A stretch of 64,000 nt of DNA from an uncultured bacterium (GCA_965369945.1 CBDUST010000001.1:15201-79200), one strand, 5' to 3'. Numbered from the stretch's first letter, positions 44,900 to 55,219 are shown. The notes: generated by a model not told the origin, from the letters alone. A program made the numbers and translations.

Positions 44900-44998
44900 A
44901 ACTACCTCCAAAGCATGTGTTACCCCCGGCCGCGAGGAATCCCCTAGCGTAGCACCCACGTCCCCAGCGGACAAACAAGCCCGCCCCAGCTCGACATA

Positions 44999-46576
44999 TC
45001 AGCCCTTGCGACCCTCGCCGGCCTCGGCCATCGACTCGGCGATATCCCGCACAGCGGCGTCGGCAGTCCCAGCCGGCAGCCCGGGACCGATCGGCGCGAC
45101 TTCCATCGCTTCCTTCTGGGGCGTACTCAGCAGTTTGATCGACCGCCAGCGACCCGACTCGAAACGCCAGGACATCGTGATGCCGTAGATGATGATGTAC
45201 ACCGAAGCCCCGATCCACGGCCCGACGGATTCCAACTCCGGCCACAGGACGGTCATCGCCCAGCCGCCGGCCACGATAAACGTCCAGCTATAGATAACGG
45301 TGACGATGCCCGGCCAGACGGTATCGCCAGCCCCGCGCAGACCGCCGGTGTAGACGATGCCGAACGCATCGACCGTTTGGAAGATCGCGGCGCAGATCAT
45401 GAGTTTTGCGCCGATCGAAATGATAAGTTCAGCTTGGGCGGCTGTGACGTCGCTGCCACCCACGAACCAACCGATCAGTTCGCGTCGAAAAACATAGAAG
45501 ACGACAGCGCATACGGTCATGTAGACCATCGCCATGCCAACGCCGAGCCGCGCTCGGGCTGAGGCTACCTCCGGCTGCCCAGCCCCGATGTACTTGCCGA
45601 CCAGCGATGTCACGGCCACCGAGAAACCCACCGCGGGCATGAAACTCAGATGCATGAACTTTAGCGTCGCCCAGCCGGCGGTCATGTGATCAGCACCGAA
45701 CTTGCCTACCAAAACCGTCATGAACAGCGACCAGCAAACGATCTCGTTGCCAAACTGCACCGCGGCAGGCCAGCCGATCCTTATGAGGTCCCTGATCGGC
45801 TTCCACGCTGGTCGCCAAGCGCTGCGCGAGTGAAGCTCAGCGTTCATCTTTGGTCCCAGGAAAATCGCTGCTGGTATAGCGACTTCCACCAACGTGCCGA
45901 TCACCGTCCCGATCGCTGCGCCGAAAAGACCCAAAGCCGGTACGCCAGGCACGCCGGGGATACCCCACGCGGGTATTCCAGCCTCACCGAATATCAACAC
46001 GTAGTTGGCACCGATGTTGACAGCGTTTCCGACCAGCGCGCAGACCGTCACTACCTTTGGTCGATGCAGGCCAAAGAAGTAATGATGCAGACCCTTGCCC
46101 GTCATCAAGATGACAGCGCCGAGGATCAGGATCTGCGCATAACCGCTTTCAAGTCTGATCAGCTCGTCGCGCTGAGGAACCACAGCCGGATCGTGCATCT
46201 GCCCGAAGAGCCACGGCAGGCACAACCCAAACGGCAGCAACACGACCGCCCACATCGCAAGGCTGAACCAAAACGACGCCCACGCATACTTCGGGCCGTT
46301 CTCAGGCGTCTTCGCCCCAAGGTTCTGACTCACGTACGTATTGACCACTGTAAGAAAGCCAAATGCAAAGGCAATCGGCGTAAACGACCATATTCCGCCG
46401 TTGCCTTGCGCCGCCACCGCCAAGGGATCGACCTGCGCCACCATCAGCCCGTCCATGAACTGCATCACCGTGTAGCTGGTCATGGTCAGCACGGTCGGCC
46501 AGGCGATCGACCACACTTCGCCCAGCGCGTGCAGCGGACCGTCGGTTATATTCAGTTGCGGAGCGTGATCGGACAT
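44999..46576 (-). CDS. MATE-family efflux transporter
   Basis: The protein has about 12 TM segments. A typical MATE N-terminus is present (AWPTVLTMTSYTVMQFMDGLMVAQV), and the two halves are duplicated. Confidence 0.85.
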   Translation of the reverse strand: MSDHAPQLNITDGPLHALGEVWSIAWPTVLTMTSYTVMQFMDGLMVAQVDPLAVAAQGNGGIWSFTPIAFAFGFLTVVNTYVSQNLGAKTPENGPKYAWASFWFSLAMWAVVLLPFGLCLPWLFGQMHDPAVVPQRDELIRLESGYAQILILGAVILMTGKGLHHYFFGLHRPKVVTVCALVGNAVNIGANYVLIFGEAGIPAWGIPGVPGVPALGLFGAAIGTVIGTLVEVAIPAAIFLGPKMNAELHSRSAWRPAWKPIRDLIRIGWPAAVQFGNEIVCWSLFMTVLVGKFGADHMTAGWATLKFMHLSFMPAVGFSVAVTSLVGKYIGAGQPEVASARARLGVGMAMVYMTVCAVVFYVFRRELIGWFVGGSDVTAAQAELIISIGAKLMICAAIFQTVDAFGIVYTGGLRGAGDTVWPGIVTVIYSWTFIVAGGWAMTVLWPELESVGPWIGASVYIIIYGITMSWRFESGRWRSIKLLSTPQKEAMEVAPIGPGLPAGTADAAVRDIAESMAEAGEGRKG

Positions 46577-46741
46577 GGCGACTCAGTGCGGGCAAAGGCG
46601 GATCGTAGGCACGATCTGAAGGAATGACTTGACGGTTTGGTCAAACGTTCGTGCTTCAGGCGTCCGTTCACTCTACGATGGAGTGCTTCAGCGTGCGATC
46701 CTCGGTGGATCGACTCGCTGGGAACACGAAGGGAGTCGGCA

Positions 46742-47917
46742 ATGTTGAGACGAGCGGATCGAACTGTGCTGGCGATGCTCGTGGTTGCGGCGATGATCGC
46801 ACCGATCGGACGGGCTGCGGCGCTTTCGCCCGGAAACGGGATGGGTGGTGACGAGGTCGATCCACGTTGGCTTAGCCGGCTGGACAGCGTCGATCGGACC
46901 TGCTTGAACGAACTGATCGGGTATGCACCACCAGCCTTCACCAATGACCTGCAGTGGATTGCTGACGATCCGCTTCGCTGGGAGGAATTGCGCGGCAAGG
47001 TCGTTGTGATCCAGACCTGGACGAGCAAGACGCCCGCCGGACGCAATTGGGCCAAGCGGACGAGTCGCCTGATTGAGGAGATCGCTCAGGATCAGGTTGC
47101 GATCATTGCGCTGCACACGCCGCAAGGCGCGGATACCGCCCGGACGTTCCTTGACCGCCGACCGTTGGAGGTTTCGGTCGCGATTGATCCCAGCGGGACG
47201 TTCTGCGATTCGCTCGGCGCATACAAGCGGCCGGTCAATATTCTCATCGATCGCAACGGCACAGTGCGTTATGCGGGATTGAATCAGCGCGGCGTTCAAC
47301 TCGCTGTGGAGGATTTGATCGCTGAGCCGTGGGACGAAAACGCGACGCCGATCTCCAAGCCTGCGAATGAACCGACGGTCGCCGCCGAATTCCCGACCTT
47401 TATGACAAAAGTCTCCAATGCGACGGATCTCCGTGGAAAGCGCGGACCGGAGATGCATGTGTCGCAATGGCTCAACGGCACGCCGAGCGCTCAAGGCAAG
47501 GTCGTGGTCGTTGATTTCTGGGCGACATGGTGCGGACCGTGCGTTGCATCGATCCCTCACACGAACGATCTTGCTGACAAATTCCGTGATGATGTCGTGA
47601 TCGTCGGCATCAGTAGTGAATCCGAAACCAAGTTCTGGCAAGGCATGGACAAACTCGCCGCCAGCAAGCGGATCAACCTCGACACGTTCCGCTACTACCT
47701 CGCGCTTGATCCGAGGGGAACCATGACGAAGAAGGTCAACAATAGCCGCATCCCGCACGCCATCGTCGTGAGCAGCGACTGGGTCGTGCGCTGGCAAGGC
47801 CATCCAGCCACGCTGACCGCAGCCGACTTGGGGCGCATCGTCGCCGCAAACCGGACGATGAACGGCGACGACAGGGCAGGCTCGCGCAATCGCTGGGCGA
47901 CGAAGCGCTCAAGGTGA
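46742..47917 (+). CDS. secreted double thioredoxin-fold (TlpA/redoxin-like) protein
   Basis: GGGAG lies upstream of the ATG at 46742. The signal is MLRRADRTVLAMLVVAAMIAPIGRAAA. The second domain carries FWATWCGPC. The first domain lacks CxxC (IQTWTSKTP). Confidence 0.85.
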   Translation: MLRRADRTVLAMLVVAAMIAPIGRAAALSPGNGMGGDEVDPRWLSRLDSVDRTCLNELIGYAPPAFTNDLQWIADDPLRWEELRGKVVVIQTWTSKTPAGRNWAKRTSRLIEEIAQDQVAIIALHTPQGADTARTFLDRRPLEVSVAIDPSGTFCDSLGAYKRPVNILIDRNGTVRYAGLNQRGVQLAVEDLIAEPWDENATPISKPANEPTVAAEFPTFMTKVSNATDLRGKRGPEMHVSQWLNGTPSAQGKVVVVDFWATWCGPCVASIPHTNDLADKFRDDVVIVGISSESETKFWQGMDKLAASKRINLDTFRYYLALDPRGTMTKKVNNSRIPHAIVVSSDWVVRWQGHPATLTAADLGRIVAANRTMNGDDRAGSRNRWATKRSR

Positions 47918-48086
47918 CACCAGAGAACCGCACCTGCCGATGCCGATTCCATCAGAGAAGGCGGAGTTCAAGACTGCGGCGACGGGGTGGGTCTTCGAGA
48001 TTCTCGGCGGCGAGTGAGTCCCGAGAACGCACGAACAGGGCGACTAACGATCGCGCGCATCCAAGCACTCCAACACATTGACAATC

Positions 48087-51000
48087 TTATTCCTCTACAG
48101 TCCAAACGACTTGGTCGACGCTAATCGTCCACGGGAAAATCAAGATTGGTCCGACCATGCGCCAACCGATACGGCTGCGAACCGCACCGGTACCGGCCTG
48201 AACATAATCCATAATGCCCGCAGATACATCAATTGTCACTACCAAGTCATTATCAAAACCTGCCCCCGTGACATCAACTTCCTCGTACATGCCCGAGTTC
48301 CAATTGAACATTTCAATCGTTTGCGATATCCCCGGGGTATTAGCGGTAGACTCTAGCGTTACGCTCAACGATGACGGGCTGTCCGATGGCAATGTTCCAT
48401 CAAAAATCAACCAGACCGGCGCCTCGGCAAGAGTCAAAGTGATGCCCGGATTGTATTTCAGATAGGAATCATCCGACTCGTAAGTATCTTCCAGTGTACC
48501 TGACACGTAGAAGCCCCGGAACGCGTCGACGGAATCGGCGACCACTGTTGTTTCCGTGACGTCGTCCTCACATTCATCGGGGATGCCGTTGCCGTTTACA
48601 TCCTGGCTTCTGCCGGACGCGATGTCGCAACTATCGGGAAGTCGATTCAGATTGCAGTCGATATCGTCGCCGGGAACAAAATCCAGACCAGTTGGATTCA
48701 CCACCGACCCGGCCACGAGCACAAAGAACGACCGCATGAAGTTGCCGTTGTTGATGTCATACATATGGACAGCCGCGTTGCCGCCGTGTGATGCGACATA
48801 GACGTTGCCATCGGCACCAAGCCGCACGCCCCACGGGCCGTCGAGCCCCCAGAACCCGGCATCGAGCCCGCCCATATCCCATTGGCCAAGGAACGAACCG
48901 GTTTCACCGTCATACTCCAACAACGCATCGGAGCTAAAACTCGCCACGAGCAAGTTGCCGTCCGGCTTAAACAGCAGTCCCTTGGCAGTCGCCAGTCCGC
49001 CGTTGTCTCCGGCCGAAACGAAGACGTCAACGAACCCACCGTTAGAAACGTTGAACTCGTACACTTGGTTGTTGCTGGCCGTAATGAACAAGTTTCCGTT
49101 GGGGCCGAACGTCAGTCCGAATGGGCCGACCAATCCGCCGGCCTCAGATACAACAAACTCACCGACAAATTCTCCTGTTCCGCCGTCGTATTCCAGCACG
49201 CTGTCTGTTTGTAAACTGGCAACGAGTAGATTGCCGTTGGGCGCAAAGACAAGCCCCGCCGGCCAATTCAACCCACCGAGGCCCGACGGCACGAACACGC
49301 CGACAAAGTTCCCATCGACATCAAACTCCACGATGCGATCCGTTTCGGCGCTGGATACGAACACACGACCATCCGCCCGGATGATAATATCCTGAGGCTG
49401 ATCCAATTGACCGGAGTCCGAGGTCCGCGCCACCACGCCTGTGGCAATGTGGCATTGACTGAGCATGCTCAGCGTTCGACTGGCCAACCAAATATTGTGC
49501 GCACCGCCTAGCTCCTCGTGATCAGCCTCGCCGTCGTCGTCACAATCCTGGAACGAATCGAGCAGGGCGTTTCGATCAATGTCCAGCGCCATGTCCGTCT
49601 GAATCTCGTTGTAATCAGACGTGCCGTTGCGGTTGATATCTGCTTCACATTCGTCGGGAATACCGTTGCCGTACAGATCCTGGCTCGTCCCCAGGAGAAT
49701 ATCCCAGTCATCCGGAACACCGTTGCCGTTACAATCCGGTTCACATTCATCCGGCACGCCGTTACCGTTGACATCGTTGCTGAACCCGGAGTTGATGTCC
49801 GCATCATCCAGTTCGCCGTTGCCGTTACAGTCTTCACATTCATCGGGAATACCGTTGCCGTTGACATCGGCGCTCTCACCTTCGTTGATATCGTTGGCGT
49901 CCTCCATGCCGTTGCCGTTGCAATCTTCGATGAGGCAATTCACTTGGAGAACGTGATCCTCAATGAACGGCTGTATCCCGGTATGAAAGCGGAGATCGAT
50001 GTTCGCGTTCCCCCCCGGCACGATGTGGCAGTAACTCATGATCGTGCCGCGCTGAAGCACGCCGGAGTTGCAGTTGTCGATGCCGATATTGTGCGTGTGA
50101 CCCGTGCCGCAGTTGTGCCCCAACTCGTGCGCTGTGACGATCACATCCCAATTCCCCGTGTTGGGCGTCTCTAGATCGGCGATCGAACCCAACGCATAGC
50201 CTGCGACTGAATACGCAAAATCACCACAAAGACCCGAGAGGTACGCCACGCCGCCGTAGGGCAGATCGCGTCGCCCGGTGAAGAACTGCGCAACGTCGCG
50301 TTCAACAGCCCCCATGTTCGCATTCCAGTAATCAACGAATGGGCCGAGCGGATCGGGTTCGTTAAACAGATCCTCCTCAGTATCCCAGATGCGCACGAAC
50401 GTCAGCTCGAAGCGCGCGTTGACATCTCGCAAGTAGATATCGCTCACCGCGCCGTAGAGCTGCATGACATACTCAGCTGCAGCAACGGCATCATCGAAAA
50501 GTGAAAAGAACTCAAAATCAGTTTCAATCGCAATTTCGATAACACGTGTTGACGAGGTGCTCAGGCCGGACGTTGGTATTGCCGAGACAGATCGTTCGGC
50601 TTGCTCGAACATATCCACACCGCACATCGGCACGCCCAGGAGCGGCCCGATCCCGCCCGTTGTTTCGAAGATCGCCAACTGATCCTGCCCGAGATCAACA
50701 TTGCTGCCCGACTTGGAAGTGATATGGAATTGGCCTCGACCTTGCCCAAGATCGACCAAACCGACACTACTGTTCTTGGAGACCGCGAGGAAGACGTGCG
50801 ATCCCGGCTCGTCGACGACACTTCCGCGAAGGAGTGTGATATCCGCCGGATCAAAATCGTCCAGCGCGCTCGATTCAGCTGACCCCATTACGAATTGTGT
50901 TCCGGGAGTTGTGATCTCAAACCGTTGCAATTGCACATTGACCATCAAGTCCGCAGTGAGCGGAAACTGTTGGATGATGAACTCGTCGTCGAGCGCCGCC

Positions 51001-51191
51001 GCTCGGCGCAGCGCGGCACGGTCGAGATTGACGATCGTGGCGTTTGCCTGTGTCCGAACGAACTGAACGGCCGAGACCGTTTCGGCAGCGCGAGGTTCAG
51101 CGGGTTGTGCGACTGCGTCCAAAGCGACTGCCATCAACACTAAGAACGTAGCAACAGTCGTTGTCGGTAGGATGAAACCGAACTGTCGCAT
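48087..51191 (-). CDS. large secreted metzincin (reprolysin-like) protease with Asp-rich repeats and an NHL-type beta-propeller
   Basis: AAGGAA lies upstream of the ATG at 51191. The signal is MRQFGFILPTTTVATFLVLMAVALDAVAQP. The zinc motif is HELGHNCGTGH. DVNGNGIPDECE-type repeats occur at least 5 times. Repeated GNLLVAS / GNVYVAS blades are present. Confidence 0.85.
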   Translation of the reverse strand: MRQFGFILPTTTVATFLVLMAVALDAVAQPAEPRAAETVSAVQFVRTQANATIVNLDRAALRRAAALDDEFIIQQFPLTADLMVNVQLQRFEITTPGTQFVMGSAESSALDDFDPADITLLRGSVVDEPGSHVFLAVSKNSSVGLVDLGQGRGQFHITSKSGSNVDLGQDQLAIFETTGGIGPLLGVPMCGVDMFEQAERSVSAIPTSGLSTSSTRVIEIAIETDFEFFSLFDDAVAAAEYVMQLYGAVSDIYLRDVNARFELTFVRIWDTEEDLFNEPDPLGPFVDYWNANMGAVERDVAQFFTGRRDLPYGGVAYLSGLCGDFAYSVAGYALGSIADLETPNTGNWDVIVTAHELGHNCGTGHTHNIGIDNCNSGVLQRGTIMSYCHIVPGGNANIDLRFHTGIQPFIEDHVLQVNCLIEDCNGNGMEDANDINEGESADVNGNGIPDECEDCNGNGELDDADINSGFSNDVNGNGVPDECEPDCNGNGVPDDWDILLGTSQDLYGNGIPDECEADINRNGTSDYNEIQTDMALDIDRNALLDSFQDCDDDGEADHEELGGAHNIWLASRTLSMLSQCHIATGVVARTSDSGQLDQPQDIIIRADGRVFVSSAETDRIVEFDVDGNFVGVFVPSGLGGLNWPAGLVFAPNGNLLVASLQTDSVLEYDGGTGEFVGEFVVSEAGGLVGPFGLTFGPNGNLFITASNNQVYEFNVSNGGFVDVFVSAGDNGGLATAKGLLFKPDGNLLVASFSSDALLEYDGETGSFLGQWDMGGLDAGFWGLDGPWGVRLGADGNVYVASHGGNAAVHMYDINNGNFMRSFFVLVAGSVVNPTGLDFVPGDDIDCNLNRLPDSCDIASGRSQDVNGNGIPDECEDDVTETTVVADSVDAFRGFYVSGTLEDTYESDDSYLKYNPGITLTLAEAPVWLIFDGTLPSDSPSSLSVTLESTANTPGISQTIEMFNWNSGMYEEVDVTGAGFDNDLVVTIDVSAGIMDYVQAGTGAVRSRIGWRMVGPILIFPWTISVDQVVWTVEE

Positions 51192-51436
51192 CGATCGCGT
51201 TCCTTGTGATGAGTCGAAAGCAGCGGAACTCAAAGCGGCGTGGAGCCAGCTTGCCAAGCCAACGCACCTTACCACTAGACTCTGGTGGTTCGCAAGGGAG
51301 AATACGGCGGTTCCGTGTATGGCTACTGGCTACATGCAAAGCGCGGCGCTCTACGTGGGCAAGCCGTGTTCGATACCATGACAATCGGCAGTTGCCAATA
51401 GCAGGGCAGGAGAGGATTGACAAGGAGATTCAAGCC

Positions 51437-52477
51437 ATGCTGCAGCGTCAGATGATCATCGTCCTGGCTGGGTGTGTGATGCCTTTGGGGCTCGCTGGGG
51501 CGATGGACGAACCACAGGCCATCGGGTCGGCAAACCCACAGAAGTTCCAACGACCGGTCGCGACGTACTCAATCGTCGCGCGTGATCCTGATACCGGTGA
51601 GATGGGCGTCGCCGTTCAGTCGCATTGGTTCTCGGTCGGGCCAATCGTTCCGTGGGCTGAGGCGGGCGTGGGGGCCGTGGCCACGCAATCACTGGTTGAT
51701 CCTTCCTATGGACCGCTTGGCTTAGATTTGATGCGCACTGGTCGCTCGGCGCCGAACGCACTCAAATCACTACTGGCAGGGGACGAGGGTCGAGCGGTGC
51801 GCCAGGTGGCGATGATCGATGCCGCCGGTCGAGTCGCCAGTCATACCGGCGATCGGTGTATTGCCGCGGCGGGCCATATCACTGATGACGAGCATCAATT
51901 CTCCGTGCAAGCGAATCTCATGCTCGGCGAAGAAGTCTGGCCGGCGATGGCGCAAGCTTACCGCGAAACGACCGGCGATCTGGCGGATCGAATGTTGGCG
52001 GCGCTCCAAGCAGCTCAAGACGTCGGCGGTGATATTCGAGGCAAGCAATCCGCTGCGATCGTGATCGTCGCCGCTGAATCCACCGGCAAGCCGTGGGTCG
52101 ACCGCACGTTCGACCTGCGCATCGAGGATCATCCGCATCCGGTGCAGGAATTGAAGCGCTTGGTGAAGTTGCAACGCGCGTATCTTCATATGAACGCTGG
52201 CGACGCCGCGATGGAAGAGGCCGACTTCGCCAAAGCCAGTCAGGAATACGCCGCCGCAGAGAAGATCGCCCCGCACATCGTCGAGATTCCCTTCTGGCAT
52301 GCGATCACCTTGGCAGGAAGCGGCGAGGTGGAGAAATCGCTGCCCATCTTCAAGCGTGTTTTTGCCCGCGAACCGATCTGGGCTCAGCTGGTGCCGCGGC
52401 TGATACCTTCACAGTTGCTGCCCGACGACGATGAGGTGATCGAGGCGATCCTTGCCCAGCTTCACACGGGTGGATAG
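51437..52477 (+). CDS. DUF1028-family (Ntn-hydrolase-like) protein
   Basis: AAGGAG lies 9 nt upstream of the ATG at 51437 and a signal peptide is present. The family motif is ATYSIVARDPDTGEMGVAVQSHWFSVG. Confidence 0.85.
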   Translation: MLQRQMIIVLAGCVMPLGLAGAMDEPQAIGSANPQKFQRPVATYSIVARDPDTGEMGVAVQSHWFSVGPIVPWAEAGVGAVATQSLVDPSYGPLGLDLMRTGRSAPNALKSLLAGDEGRAVRQVAMIDAAGRVASHTGDRCIAAAGHITDDEHQFSVQANLMLGEEVWPAMAQAYRETTGDLADRMLAALQAAQDVGGDIRGKQSAAIVIVAAESTGKPWVDRTFDLRIEDHPHPVQELKRLVKLQRAYLHMNAGDAAMEEADFAKASQEYAAAEKIAPHIVEIPFWHAITLAGSGEVEKSLPIFKRVFAREPIWAQLVPRLIPSQLLPDDDEVIEAILAQLHTGG

Positions 52478-52594
52478 GAAACGCACGGAGAAACCGCTCC
52501 CCAGACCTCCTGGAGGGGGTCTTCGCAGCTAATAGCCGGCCGTTTTGGCTCTGGGCGGGGGCACAAAATTCGACAGAGTTTTTGAAAAGAAGTC

Positions 52595-52623
52595 TTGACA
52601 GGCCCGGCTGTGCACTGGATACT
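52595..52623 (+). promoter_or_regulatory. sigma70-type promoter TTGACA-N17-GATACT
   Basis: TTGACA lies at 52595-52600 and GATACT at 52618-52623, with an exact 17-nt spacer. The hexamers are the same as in the HU promoter at 5755-5783. Confidence 0.55.
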
Positions 52624-52704
52624 GGCCGTGCGATCTGACCATGAAGCGTCAGGTCGTAAGAGAGAGAGTGTGCCCCGCCAGCGTGTGGCGGTCAAGGAGG
52701 AGTT

Positions 52705-52833
52705 ATGTCTGTGCTGTCGCGCAGCGATCAAACAATCGGTTTAGTAGCGAACCTGCCCGTGGGCCGTCGAGTCGTGCTGGTGCGCGACCTGCGGAGCGAC
52801 GGTTTGCAGCGCGCGAACGCTTTTGGAGATTGA
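52705..52833 (+). CDS. candidate 42-codon small ORF (below the ORF-track cutoff)
   Basis: AAGGAGG (52694-52700) lies 4 nt upstream of the ATG at 52705. The translation is MSVLSRSDQTIGLVANLPVGRRVVLVRDLRSDGLQRANAFGD. No homology was recognised, so coding status is unproven. Confidence 0.3.
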   Translation: MSVLSRSDQTIGLVANLPVGRRVVLVRDLRSDGLQRANAFGD

Positions 52834-52977
52834 AATCCGTGACGTGTGTTGCGGGTATGATATTGATGGGTCTCGTCGCAACGTAGCAACCTGAACACCG
52901 ATGTGCGCTATGTTTGGAACGAGATATCGAAGGTCCGCCCCGTGGGAGCACGGGGCCCGTTTGGAGGGTAATTTCAA

Positions 52978-53592
52978 ATGAAGACAATTGTATCTGTGCT
53001 TGCCGTAGCTGCATTCAGCGGCTCGGCGTTCGCCGGTGGTTTGCTCTACAGCAACGGCGCCGGGCCGGACTACAACAACGGCAACGAGATGGCCCAGTGG
53101 GCCCAGGCTGAGGACTTCACCGGCGTGGACGGCGTAATCAAGGACGTGCACTACAGCGTCCTTGACGGTGTGGGCGGTTTGCAAAGTTGGGACGGCACGG
53201 TCCAGTGGGCGATCTACCTAGGCGACCCGAACGCCAACGTCGTCGTCGGCTCGGGCGTTGGCGTGAACGTCCAATCGGCGTTCGATCAGAACACGAACGG
53301 CTTCGACTTCTTCTTCATCGATTTCGATCTCGACAACCCCGTCAATGTTAGCAGCGCGAACACCTACTGGCTCGCGCTGCACATGGGACAGGACTTCCTC
53401 GCCGACAGCCTCTTCTGGGCCACCCAGGCCGCCAATGGTACGGCCGCGGGCCTGGAGTCCAACGGCAGCTTCGGCGGCCCCTGGAACTCCAACGGCGTCG
53501 AGCACTATTTTGAACTCACCGGCGTCCCCGCTCCGGGCGCGCTGGCACTGCTCGGCCTAGCCGGTTTCATGGCGCGTCGGCGACGCAGGTAA
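52978..53592 (+). CDS. PEP-CTERM sorting-domain secreted protein
   Basis: GGAGGG lies upstream. The signal is MKTIVSVLAVAAFSGSAFA. The C-terminus VPAPGALALLGLAGFMARRRRR has the PEP-CTERM architecture. Confidence 0.85.
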   Translation: MKTIVSVLAVAAFSGSAFAGGLLYSNGAGPDYNNGNEMAQWAQAEDFTGVDGVIKDVHYSVLDGVGGLQSWDGTVQWAIYLGDPNANVVVGSGVGVNVQSAFDQNTNGFDFFFIDFDLDNPVNVSSANTYWLALHMGQDFLADSLFWATQAANGTAAGLESNGSFGGPWNSNGVEHYFELTGVPAPGALALLGLAGFMARRRRR

Positions 53593-53630
53593 CCCGGATA
53601 CCGAGCGTCCAAACCACACCTTCAAATGCG

Positions 53631-53660
53631 ACGGGGCGGTCACACGACCGCCCCGTTTTC
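53631..53660 (+). terminator. rho-independent terminator
   Basis: The 11-bp stem ACGGGGCGGTC / GACCGCCCCGT has loop ACAC and is followed by TTTTC. Confidence 0.8.
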
Positions 53661-53725
53661 ATTCTCCTTCCACCAGAGACAATCCAACACACACCCGGAC
53701 CACGATCTCCCGATTCTCAATCGGC

Positions 53726-55219
53726 GTGCCCGTGGACTTGTGGACTCGTGCCCGCTGGGCGATCATGTGCTGCGTGAGGCCCAATTGGTGGATTATCCTG
53801 ACCGCCCTCGTCCTCGCCGCAGGTGTGGTCGGAGCTTGGGTTGTCCTCAGGCCACCGCCGGTCATCGCACCGCCCCTGCCCGAGAATCCCGGCGCGATGG
53901 ATCCGCTGATCCGTCAGCTCATCGATCGCTCCGTGACACAGGTGCGGCAACGGCCGCGTGATCCCCAAGCGTGGTACGAACTCGGCGCCGCCTACCACGC
54001 CCATCGCCTGACCGAGCAGGCAAAAACGTGCTACGAGCAAGCCGCCGCGCTCGACGACGTCGAGCCGCGATACCTCTACCAGCTGGCGCGGGTTCACGCC
54101 TTCCTGGGTGAGTACGACGAGGCGATCGGGCTGGCGGATCGCGTCATCTCCCTCAGCGACGGGTACTCACCGGCCCACTGGCGTCGAGCACAGTGGCTGG
54201 GCGAGACGGGGCGGCTTGACGAGGCGGAGCAGTCGTATCGCCGGGCGCTGGCTATCGATCCCCAGGCCGCCGTCGCGGTGCATGGTCTCGGGGGACTGCT
54301 GCTTCAACGGCAGCAGTTCGAGGAGGTCGCCGTGCTGATCGAGCGCCATCTCGCGGAGCGTCCGCGGGAGCCCTGGATGGATCAGCTCCTGGGCGCCGCC
54401 TCCGTCGGACTGGGTCGCACCGAGGAAGGGCGTCGCCTGATGTTGGGCACCCAGGATATCAAGCCGCCGCGAAGCGACGACGAGTGGGGCGCCCAGGTGG
54501 CTCGGCGCCGCACCGGCTACGGCAACATCACACAGCGCGCCCGCGCGCTCATCGGGGCGGGCCGCGCCGATCTGGCCGTGCAGCAACTCGAGCCGCTCAT
54601 GGCCCGGCACGCGGACGATCCACGGGTGATCAACCTGCTGGCGTCCGCCGTTTCGGCACTCGGAAAGCTCGACGACGCCATCCGTCTTTATCAGCGGTCG
54701 GTCGCGCTGCAGCCAGATCAGTACACGGCCCATCTGAACCTCTCCTATCGCTACGAGAAGAGGCGTGACCTCGCCAAGGCGATGGATCACGCGGACCGCG
54801 CGATTGCCAACGACCCGCGACGAACCGAGGCGATGGTTCAGAAGGGCCGTTTGCTCATCTTCGCCCAGGACTTCGCGGCGGCGGCGGAGATGCTCGAACG
54901 CGCCATCGCCATGGGGGCCGATCAGGCCCAGAATCTCGTCACGCTCGGGCAGGTGCTCGACCGCCTCGGGCGGCCGCTCGACGCGATGGGCCGGTTCGAG
55001 CGGGCTCTGGCGATCAATCCCGAGTTCGGTTCGGCGCACACGGGTATCGCGCTCGCACTGGCGAGCCTCGGCGAGCCCGACCGCGCGTGGGAGTCGCTTG
55101 CCCGCGCTCGCGCGCTCATTCCCGACGATCCGTTTCTCGACCAGGCGGCGAAACTCATCGAGCAACGAACCGGCGCCATGCCGCCGGCGGCCTTGTCCCC
55201 GGAGGACGCGACCCCATGA
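53726..55219 (+). CDS. membrane-anchored TPR-repeat protein
   Basis: The N-terminal TM segment is WWIILTALVLAAGVVGAWVVL, followed by many TPR-like units (AWYELGAAYHAH..., HLNLSYRYEKRRDLAKAMDHADRAI). The start is either the GTG at 53726 or the ATG at 53765. Confidence 0.8.
   Translation: MPVDLWTRARWAIMCCVRPNWWIILTALVLAAGVVGAWVVLRPPPVIAPPLPENPGAMDPLIRQLIDRSVTQVRQRPRDPQAWYELGAAYHAHRLTEQAKTCYEQAAALDDVEPRYLYQLARVHAFLGEYDEAIGLADRVISLSDGYSPAHWRRAQWLGETGRLDEAEQSYRRALAIDPQAAVAVHGLGGLLLQRQQFEEVAVLIERHLAERPREPWMDQLLGAASVGLGRTEEGRRLMLGTQDIKPPRSDDEWGAQVARRRTGYGNITQRARALIGAGRADLAVQQLEPLMARHADDPRVINLLASAVSALGKLDDAIRLYQRSVALQPDQYTAHLNLSYRYEKRRDLAKAMDHADRAIANDPRRTEAMVQKGRLLIFAQDFAAAAEMLERAIAMGADQAQNLVTLGQVLDRLGRPLDAMGRFERALAINPEFGSAHTGIALALASLGEPDRAWESLARARALIPDDPFLDQAAKLIEQRTGAMPPAALSPEDATP

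Noticed and set aside
43841-44947. A 368-aa plus-strand ORF. Similar long shadow ORFs lie at 34769-36172 (+), 45686-46627 (+), 46688-47803 (-), 58863-60158 (-), 61421-62758 (-), 21383-22429 (+), 16245-16985 (+) and 15908-16555 (-).
   Set aside because: Each is antisense to a gene with clear family motifs, a signal peptide or a repeat architecture. Each also has an Arg/Leu/His-rich composition and no recognisable motif.
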